A DNA stretch of 64,000 nucleotides from Octopus bimaculoides. Lineage: Eukaryota. The stretch spans positions 46,112,426 to 46,176,425 of the forward strand of contig NC_068986.1 in assembly GCF_001194135.2 (NCBI RefSeq), given 5' to 3'. The notes under the pieces were generated by a model. It saw nothing but the letters and a program-made list of their open reading frames with translations. It did no database searches and was not told the origin of the DNA. Below, in pieces: positions 53,980 through 64,000 of the stretch. Made by a program: the position numbers and the translations under genes. Position 1 is the stretch's first letter, and every line of letters starts with the position of its first letter.

Positions 53980-55253
53980 CAGAGGTTGAACAAAATAATG
54001 GAAACACCTAGCATCATAGCATCATAATTTTGAAATATCTATAAAACCATCAAAAGCTTGTGTATTTTTATGTTTTTTGATTTATTACTAGTGTTGCTTA
54101 ATATGTTTTGCTAAAATTACTGCTTCTTTTCAGATATCATCACAAAAAAATAATTAAAATTCATTAAAATGACAGATCTATTGGACTTTCAAAGAGGTCA
54201 ATTTGTTGGTGCTCGTATGGTAGGCGCTAGCATAACACAAACAGCTGAAATGTTTGGTGTATCAAGAAGTACTGTCTTGAAAGTAATGACAGCCTTTGAA
54301 AAAGATGGAAAGACCTTCTCATCGAAACAAAACTCTGGAAGAAAACCAAAACATTCAGATAGGGACCGTTGGACTCTTATGCAAATTGTTAGAAAGGATC
54401 ACAAAAGTACAGCTCCCAAAATTACTGCAGAGTGTAATGACCGCCCCAAGAACCCAGTTTCCACAAAAACTGTCAGCCAGGAGCTGCACAAAGCTGGATT
54501 TCATGGGAGGGCTGCAATCAGAAAACCACTACTTTCAAAAACAAACATTGCAAAGCATTTAGAGTGGAGTAAAAACCAACAGAATTGGTCCCTAGAGCAG
54601 TGGAAGAATGTCGTTTTCTTGGACAAGTCATCCTTTACCCTGTTCCTGACCTCCGGCCAAGTATACATGTGGAGACAGCCAAAAGAAGCATTTGACCCAG
54701 ACCACCTTCTTCTAACCGTTAAGCATGGAGGAGGATCTGTGATGATCTGGTGGGCTATATCTTGGAAATCTGCCGGCCCAATGGTTTCCCTTCATGGTAG
54801 AATTAATAATCAAGACCTATTTAAGTATTTTATCTGATCAAATTCATCCTATGGTTGTGGAACTGTTTCTGCAGGGAAACACAATCTTTCAGAATGATAA
54901 TGCACCAATTCACACAGCTAAAGTTGTTACTGAATGGCACAAGGAATATTCTAGTGAAGTTGAACACCTTATCTATCAACCACAGTCCCCTGATCTCAAT
55001 ATTATTGAATATTAATGGTGCATTTTAGAAAAACAAGTAAGGAATTGACATCCTCCACCATCATCACTAAAAGAACTGGAGACTGTTTTAGCTGAAGAAT
55101 GGACAAAAATTCCTTTGGAAACAATTCAAACTTTGTATGAGTGCATACCTCATAGAATTTAAGCTGTAATTACTGCCAAAGGTGGTCCTACCCCATATCA
55201 AAATAAATTTGTTTGAAATTTTAAGGTGTTTCCATTATTTTGTCCAACTCCTG
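53980..55253 (+). mobile_element. full-length Tc1-like transposon with DD36E transposase (pseudogenised)
   Basis: TIRs CAGAGGTTGAACAAAATAATGGAAACACCT / CAGGAGTTGGACAAAATAATGGAAACACCT with TA on both sides. ATG at 54169. Triad FLDKS / QNDNA / NIIE with 36 residues between the second D and E. Frameshift near 54830, stop at 55013-55015. Confidence 0.92.
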
Positions 55254-55319
<66 letters not shown>

Positions 55320-55322
<3 letters not shown>

Positions 55323-55721
55323 CATGCGATGGGTAAATTGTCACTATTGTTGGGTACCATCTGTGAGAAAAACAACACCATGACACAATTTGGAAGCAAC
55401 ATGCTGTACTGCTCTGTATTTATGCTGGAAGCTCCAGTATGAACATTTCAGAGCATTTGGGTGTCAATCCGAGGAAAGAGCAATTTGAGGACATGTTCCA
55501 AGAGTGATAAAAATCAAGCATCCAGTCAACATCATGGTATTTGGAGTGATCATTAGTGATGGCGACGTTATGCCTCCATTCATCTTCCCACGTGGCCTCA
55601 GACTTAACATGGAGACCTACATCAAGTGCCTGGATGAGGTAGTGCTACCCTGGGTAAAAAGGGTGACTGCTAGAAAATTCTATGTATGGCAACAGGACTC
55701 TGCACCATGCCATACAAGCAG
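55320..55721 (+). mobile_element. internally deleted, 3'-truncated maT (DD37D)-like element
   Basis: Starts after TA with CAGCATGCGATGGGTAAATTGTC and encodes KHPVNIMVFGVI.SDGDVMPPFIFP.GLRLN..WQQDSAPCHTS. The third catalytic residue is absent, so the spacing cannot be confirmed. Confidence 0.7.
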
Positions 55722-58503
55722 TTATTATTATTATTATTATTAAAAAGGTGTTAAGCTGGCAGAATCATTAGCACACTGGGCAAAAGTTTTAGCAGCATTT
55801 CGTCTGTCTTTATGTCTTGAGTTCATATTCCACCAAGGTTGACTTTGTCTTTCATCCTTTCAGGATTAATTTTATTGACTTAAGCCCACTCCTGAAATTG
55901 CTGGCCATGGTGCCATGTGCTAAAATTTGAAACTATTATTATTAGAATGATGTACTGGCATAACTGGTAATGCATCACACATAATAGCTTGTGGTATTTA
56001 ATTGTGTTTCTTTTCCTTTTGAGTTCTTATCCTGCCAGGTTCAATTGCATTTTGACCCATCAGGAGGCCAATAAAATAGTTAATTTCTAGGTTAATCTAA
56101 TCAATAATTCCCTCTCTTAAAAGATGTAGCCTTGTGGTTTACATTAGAAATTAATATTATTATATTCCTTTAAATCCCTTATCAGATTTTACGATATTGT
56201 AACAATAGCAGTTTCAGTTCCCAGTGTATGTCCTATTCTAATTCTATTTGTTTTTTTACCCAAGGTATTGATATTCTCAAAGTGTTATGGAATGACAGAA
56301 TTGAAACAGTATCAGATTAAATTTTCAAAAGTATTTAACCCCATCATTTTATATTGAAGTTTCAAATCCCATTTGGACAGAGGCCTTGTCTTTCAGCATA
56401 CTCTGGTTGACAAAAAAAAGTACTGAGTATGTCCTGAATTTTTATTCAGTCGATTACATCTGTTCCCTACAAATATTATCCTGGACCTATGAGGAAAAAT
56501 CAATATCCCGACTGTTTTTAATAACGGGATAATTTCATGATTCTTTGATCCATCTTTATTTTAATTTATATCATAGCTGTATGTTTATGCAGTGTGTTTG
56601 AGATTATATTTTTATTCCTTGGTTAAACCTAGTTTAGTTTCTATGACAGAGACTTATGTGCTTCTTATGTTTTCTTTCCATTTGCTCTGCACACCTGTTC
56701 TTTGTGATTTTAGGCACTGTTATTCCATATTAATAATGAGCTTTCTGTATACAATATTCAACTATAAAACTTCTCTGATGCATTACAACATTACAGTAAT
56801 ATAGACATACATTTAATTGTTGAAATCACACAGGATTTTGATGTCATTAGACTTAATTATACTATGAGTGTCATATACCTATAATTTTCTTTGTTGTTTG
56901 AAGCAATATTGCTGTGTTTTCATGGATGAAATGCCACTAATCATTTAGCCTGACATGGTAATGATTCTGCCAGCTTGCTGCCTTACCACATTCATTATTA
57001 AATGTGATACATTTTCACTCTTCTGTCTACGCCATATAATAGTATATCTCAGTATCATATGTATTAACTAAATGGAATTCAGTAATGGTTATTCTCAAAG
57101 CCTATTCCTGCAGTTCAAACATCAGTGCAACTACCTACTTATTAATCTTCATCTTTTATACAGAATTTTATAAATCCCATTGAAAGTACTTTTGCGGGGT
57201 AAGTTTCATTTATCATTCTCATTTTTCAACCTAATTTGTTTTAATCCCCTTTAGAACACCTCCACAATGCTGCAAGTCAGATGTAGCACATTTGTTCATA
57301 GCTTGGGTTTAGTTTTTGTCATCTAACTTACGTTACATCTAGTTTCTATTACCTCATCTCTTAATTTTGTTACATTTCCTGCTACTCATATAATTTCCAA
57401 GTATTCTATTGCTCAGGAATAATTCATTAACTACATGAATCATTTTATAGTCAAATAGTTGATGAATGTCATTGTAAGTTTTGCATACCAGTTTCTAAAA
57501 TTCTGTAATATTAAGTTATCAATTTGTAATAACTCTAAATTTTCTTTTTCTGCTACAGCTCTTGTACTCTGATATTGTATTTCTAGATATTTTCAAGTAT
57601 CATCTGCCAAAATATCTGAAGAATATCTAGATCAATGGCAAGCATGTGATTACACTGAAATTATCTGCTACATTGCATTTGTTTGGGTCCTTCTACCATA
57701 GAACTGTCCTATTTAGAATATCATTGCCAAAATTTGATAAAATTGGCACAATACATAATTTAATTCTTTAGTGATTCTTATGTGGAAAAGAAAAATTATT
57801 TTCAATCAATATTGTTGTAATTCATCAATAACAGAGACATTTTAGTTTGGCATTTTCATGCATCAGGTCCTTTTCTGGGCTTTTATTATACATAGTGGTC
57901 AAAATAAGTTATTATTTTCATAACATGAGGGAGTTCTGGAACCAGTATTTTGGTATTGCACTAAATTTTTGTGTTACTCTAGATTTGTCTTCAATAAGTA
58001 TTACATGAAAGAATTATATCATCAGAGATTCTTTACAGAATATAGAAATGAATGTTTTAATAGCAAAGCCAACCAATGTGATTAGATTATCTCTTCTGCA
58101 TAGAACTGGAACATTTTTCATTTGCTCTACAAACGTAAGATGTTTCCAATTCCCCATTCAAAGCTAATGTAAGGAAATTCTTGTAACTTATACAGCTCTT
58201 TATTCCTTATAATAAGTTGTGCTTATTTCAAGTTCCTATTTACAAATAGGTGAACTGAGTCTTTGGGTTTAAAGTGTATTTACCATGAATGCAGTACAAT
58301 ATGCGATATACTATGAACAAAAGATCTCTACACTAGTTGTCTGCCACCTAATTGAATTAATCACCTAATTATATATATTTATGCTGACTTATTTTCTACT
58401 AATAATAATTCATAAACTGAAGGAAACAGAAAATTTAGTAATCTACTGTCATACTCTCAAAGAAGTTATAATAATATTTCTCAATCATTAATGGGATATC
58501 TTC

Positions 58504-58546
<43 letters not shown>

Positions 58547-60039
58547 CATACACATACTCCTATCTGTGTATCTATTTATTTGTTTATCTGTCCCACATTT
58601 ATGCAGTGAACTGTATCAGACGAAGTGCCAAAAGAAGCTGAAATGGCAGCAATCCAGGCCTGTCTGATATTTGCCAACCTTATACCAAGTGTGAAAGATG
58701 AACAGAGAGAATTACTGTGCAAAATACACACATGCATGTATGCATATACAACAGACAAGAAGCAATGAAAGGAGCCTTCATGAAGTAAAGTCTATTTGGT
58801 TGCCCAACCTATTAGAAATAATAAAAAAAAATCTTCTGCAAATAACACCCTGACATCTTAAAAATGGGTACATACATATTGGATGTTCTAGAGATCAAGA
58901 CAGGGTGGCTATAGGTGAAAAGCCAGTGATCATATCTCTACTCAATCAGGGCCGACTTGGTGCTACCTAACAACATTAATAACAACATATGATGCACACA
59001 TACATACAGACACACAAATATATATGCACAAAAACAAATAATAAGTAAAATAAAACAGTCACACAAACTTACAAATGCAATAGAAACTCACTTTCTTTTG
59101 TTTGAACTCATCTCTTATCTCTATCTAAATGCCTGTCCATCTGTTTTAACAGTGCTTAGAAAAACTGAAAGACCACTGCAGTACGTGTTTGACTCTAAGA
59201 GGAAAATATGTTGAATAAAATCATAATTAATTGATCCTCTTGTATTTTCTTTTGTTTAAAGCCATGAACTTACCAGTACCCACTCGTATGTATATATGTG
59301 TGTGTGTGTGTGTGTACACACACACACACACACACACACAAATATATATAATATTTTTCCAGACGAAAATACTTCTTCTGTTTAGGGCATTATTCCCTAA
59401 GTTTCCAAGGTTTTTTAATCATACTTTATTTAAGGGATTCCTTTCATTTCCATATGAGTTTGTATAAATAAAAATCATTGGAAGTATCAATTTATGAGAC
59501 GAAGTCCAATAAATGTCATCAACTAAATGGAACAGGTTTTGATGGTAATATGGAATATTTATTTAATTTAAACAGACAGCTGTTTCTGTTACAAAAGACC
59601 ATATTAAGGTATACAATTGAAGAATATGTATTTCAATTGCATACCTTAATATGGTCTTAATATAAGAATATGTATTTCAACAAAAGTAATACACATTATT
59701 ATATTAATTCATTTGGAACTCATCAGTTGATAATAATTAAATGTTTTAATGTTTAAAGTTAGTACCTTTAGTTTTCTTCTTTGTGATCATTATAATTTCG
59801 TTTTCTAGCTAATTATTTTCTTTCACTTGCCAAATCAAATTTTAAACTGAAGCTTACAAGTGTAACTTTATTAGTATTCAGTTCCTTTCATTTGTATTAT
59901 TATCTACTCATTACTCCCTCCCTATATATATAATTAAAACATTGTCTTCGATTCTCCCTAATATGCTGGTCAAAAAAAACATTCACATGTACATCTTGAA
60001 ATACCATATAAGGGGTTATATATTTTACAAAAAAATATT

Positions 60040-60422
60040 CTGTTGAACATTTTAGTAACTGCAGTGGAACGTGTCAATACATGGATACTGGTAGATCCAT
60101 TAGAACAAAAAATGAACAGATTTTCACAAATGCAGATATGAACTGCAAAAGAGGAAATTTGATCTACTGCATTAAATGCCCTAATTGCGAGGAACTATAT
60201 ATTGGCGAGACAGAAAATGCATTATTGGAATGCTCACGAGTTCATAGACAGCAAATCCAGAACACTAATGTTTGCCAAATTCCATTGAGTGAACATATAG
60301 AATCATGTGGTCAGAAAATGTTTCTAATTTTTCCTATCCACAAACTACATGATACAAGTGATGTTAGGAGAAAGATAAAAGAAAAACGTTTTATTTAGAT
60401 GTTCAAACCTGTTCTGAATGGA
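60040..60422 (+). mobile_element. Penelope-like element C-terminal GIY-YIG endonuclease fragment
   Basis: CSGTCQYM..MNCKRGNLIYCIKCPNCEELYIGETENAL..RVHRQQI..PLSEHIESC..KEKRFI*MFKPVLN. The IY..YIG motif, CCHH residues and typical PLE C-terminus are present. Confidence 0.9.
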
Positions 60423-60975
60423 AATAACAACAATAATGTAACAACCAGTTAATGATGTGGATTAAAAAATATCTTTAACATATGAATATAAACAAATTAC
60501 AGAAGACTCCCATGACCGAAACCAACTAATTTTGCTCACTCATAAAATCACTACATGTAAACTACAAGCTAATGGGTTAAAATAAAGGCATGGATTTATG
60601 CCAGTAATATCGGTGCACCTAGCAACAGTGACGTTTAAGCTGCATGCTGATTGGTCAAAACAGTATTAGAAAAATTCAGCTTGCCAGAGCCTTCTAAAAG
60701 GTATAAAAAGGAAGAAATCAGTCATTTTACTACAGTTGTCAAACACTCAACTCAACTGTCAGTTAATACATTTTGAAATTTGTTGATTACTATGAATGTA
60801 TGAAAGTGCTAGTTGAACTTTATGAACATTATTAAATATTTTGTTTTAATGTTTAACACACTTCAACATTGTAAAAAAACATTTTAAAAATAAGATAATA
60901 AAAACTGTGAAAACCAAACTATGTTCTAACTTTATTCAACTGATATATTATTCAATACACATTTATACAAATTTA

Positions 60976-61012
<37 letters not shown>

Positions 61013-61015
<3 letters not shown>

Positions 61016-61382
61016 TTTTACTTATTTCAGTCATTTAACTGCAGCCATGCTGTAGCACCACCTTTAGTTGAACAAATCGACCCCAGGACTTATTCTTTGT
61101 AAACCTAGTACTAATTTAATCAGTCTCTTTTGCCAAACTGCTAAGTCACAGGGATGTAAACACACTAACATCGGTGTCAAGTGATGATGGGGGGATGAAC
61201 ACAGACATACAAATACATATATATATATATATACAATGGGCTTCTTTCAGTTTCCATCTACCAAATCCACTCACAAGGCTTTGGTTGGCCTGAAACTATA
61301 GTAGAGGACACTTGGACAAGGTGCCATGCAGTGGGACTGAACCCTGGTTGGGAAGCAAGCTTCTTACCACACAGCCACTCCT
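61013..61382 (-). mobile_element. complete SINE family B with internal (TA)n
   Basis: Head 61232-61382, microsatellite about 61205-61232, tail 61013-61200 ending ACTGAAATAAGTAAAAGA. Confidence 0.85.
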
Positions 61383-62526
61383 AAAATACCTCCAAAGTCT
61401 AATATTTTCCATACTACTATAAATATAAACATACTTTGCAATTACTTTATATGGACTAACATTAACTTCTAAACTAATACTTAGAACAAGATAGTGACAA
61501 TATTGCTGTTTATTTTTCTTGCTATTGTTGTGGAAGATAACTATCTGGCAATAATCAAATATTATCTTATTAGGGCCTTTAATATTATGCATAGAAATAA
61601 TTAAACATTGTCCTAGATGAAAAAAAAAAAGGCTATTTCAGTATTATGTTAATAAATTAAGCTATCATTTCAGGCATTTATTATTATTATTTACAAACTG
61701 AATAGTAACCATGAACAATATACTGAGATATTCTGGAATTCCTTTACTTTGTAAGATAATAGGAAGTATAAAATTCAATTCAGAATTCAATGATATTTAC
61801 TGTCAAGGTTTCTCATCAGAAGAAAACAGTTTTTCCATTTCAAAGCATTAAATACTTTTAACCTAATTCACTGTTTCATTTTAAGCCAATTCACTCCATT
61901 AAAATACCACTGAAGTAAACATTTTTTCTTCAATGTGCCATCTCAATGCTTACTTCATTAACTATGATGTCTTTTAGTTAAAAAGAATGCTGGCATAAAA
62001 AATAAATTATAAAGCTATAATATAAGTCTGCAGCTATAAATGCTATATTCTGTGGAATTTTGAAACTATATGAAAGATATTTTAGACTGACTAATCATTT
62101 TAGATTTTTATTGGTCAGTTAAACTCAATTTTCGTGCTGAAGTATCATATTAAATAATGGAATTAAATGACAAACTGTTGGCAAAGGTAGTAGGAAACCA
62201 AATAATTTACAGTTCAGTTCATACTGGACTGAAGTTTTCTCTCACCAACTTATCTATAAATTATATAACAGTTATATATTGGGGTCAGGTAATTGAATAT
62301 GACCTTACCAATTTGCCTTTGTTCCTACTTAAGAAATGATTATATATAACAATTTATGAAATTGTAAATGCACAGAATTGGATATAGACAAAGTCAAATT
62401 AATTGATCTCAGTATAATATTGGTAACATAATTTTCACTACCTTAGGGTGATAAAAAATACAAAATCACCTCAATGTACATGAGAGCTCCCTATTATACT
62501 AACTACTTCTATTGTTTTTTATATTT

Positions 62527-62650
62527 TCCCAGCCACATGGTTTTGAGTTCAGTTCAACTACGTGGCATATTGGGTAAGTGTTTTCTGCTATAGCTTTGGG
62601 CTGACCAAAACCTTGTGATTGACTTTGGTTGGTGGAAGTTTCCATCGTGT
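62527..62650 (+). mobile_element. diverged SINE family B
   Basis: CCAGCCACATGGTTTTGAGTTCAGTTCAACTACGTGGCATATTGGGTAAGTGTTTTCTGCTATAGC..AAAACCTTGTGA. Confidence 0.75.
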
Positions 62651-63124
62651 GTATACATGTGTGTGTAAGTGCTTGTGCTTCCTAACAAAGAGGAGGGGAA
62701 TATATATACATAAAACAACAGTGAAATTATATATGGCACAAGATTGCAAATTTTGGAGGATGAGATGCTCAGTTAAACTAATCTCAAACTGATAAAGATT
62801 TTATTGACCTCGGAGAGACAAAAGGCAAAGTTGACCATGGCAAGATTTAGGCTCATTGTAAAGAGCTGTGATTAAAAAATGCAAGGCATTTTTGTCTGAT
62901 GTGAAGATAATTTTATCATTATAATATTGGTAAATGCACCTACTTCTGAATTTTGAATTTTCCCCATCTCCTAAATATAAATTTATTAAATTGTACAATA
63001 GTAAAAAAAGAAACATAAGTTTACTTCATCAACATTTTTCCACATTGATGTCAGTTTAGAGTTTACAAATATAAAAACTCATTCGAAAGATAGATTTATT
63101 CATAACTGTTTAATCATTTTATAT

Positions 63125-63220
63125 ATTGCCTAATATATATATTCTGGGATTCATGGAATATAATTTCAGTGCATTGCCTAATATATATATTCTGGGATTC
63201 ATGGAATTTAATTCCAATGC
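63125..63220. repeat. 48-bp tandem duplication
   Basis: ATTGCCTAATATATATATTCTGGGATTCATGGAAT starts at both 63125 and 63173. Confidence 0.9.
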
Positions 63221-64000
63221 AGGATTGAATCAATTAAACTGACTTTACCACCACCCCAACAAAAACATTTGCAGCCTTGCATCAATGTTAGAAATCAATA
63301 TTATTTATATAATTTTACTGCTGAAGTATTACATTAAATAATTCAGTTTCCATCAACTGTAAACTCATAAATGTTGACAGGTAAGAGATGCATTTAACTA
63401 TTCTTGCATTCACAGGAAAGAAAGGACTGATAAAGATATTTTCAGACATACAAATTTCTACATTTGCATTAACAACTGTTAATTTTGTCGTTGCTTCTAT
63501 TGCTGTTGTTACTGTTACTTCATCATCAACATCAATGTAGAACATTTTTACAAGTTGGCTTTGGTTAGACAGATTTATATCTTAATCCTACATGATTTCA
63601 AATGCAATACTCAAAACTACTAAGATCTATATAAATTGCCTCAACTCAAATATCTTTTATTTTTAGCCTGATTTTATCTTGTCTATTAAAGTCTTACTAA
63701 AATGTTGCATGAATCATCCATTTTTATAATTACTTTCCCAATTCATTTGCACTGAAAAAATCTAACTTAAATTTATGTTCAATATTCAATGAAACCACTG
63801 AATTATTCTCATATTTTGTAATTGCAAGCCCAATATTTTGTGACTCAATGTCATAGCATTACAATTTTGATCTATGCATTACATCACATATCTGTTAGAA
63901 AAATAATCCATTTGAAAGCCACCAAGACAAGAATTATCAAAATATCTTTCCACCCTCCAGTAACCTAAAGATTTTACTTACATGAGACTCACTTCCAGTT

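Noticed and set aside
57000-58350. Possible ancient CR1-like RT on the minus strand (ILADDT and KGPD-like traces)
   Set aside because: Motifs are too short and scattered to support by eye; a profile-HMM search is needed.
63315-63545. 76-aa minus-strand ORF (MFYIDVDDEVTVTT...)
   Set aside because: No recognisable domain or splice pair; the length is within what chance gives in 64 kb.

Overview
AT-rich eukaryotic scaffold with seven N-gaps and no host protein-coding gene that I can support. The repeat families match, from my recollection rather than a database search, those of octopus (coleoid cephalopod) genomes. The window is mostly decayed mobile DNA. Non-LTR fragments include Tx1/L1-like ORF1, two R4/Dong-type REL elements, several RTE pieces, a CR1-type endonuclease and Penelope GIY-YIG pieces. 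DNA transposons include four mariner copies, a full-length DD36E Tc1-like element, an old Tc1, a maT-like piece and a pogo/Tc2-like MITE. There are also at least four SINE-like families and many microsatellites. The most interesting structure is at 9283-9720: a head-to-head inverted pair of a tRNA-headed short element whose tail carries a Penelope-type minimal hammerhead ribozyme. Several fold-back structures with an arm-loop-arm'-loop layout also stand out (53060-53957, 59595-59680). Boundaries of decayed elements are approximate to tens of bp. All alignments and translations were done by eye.
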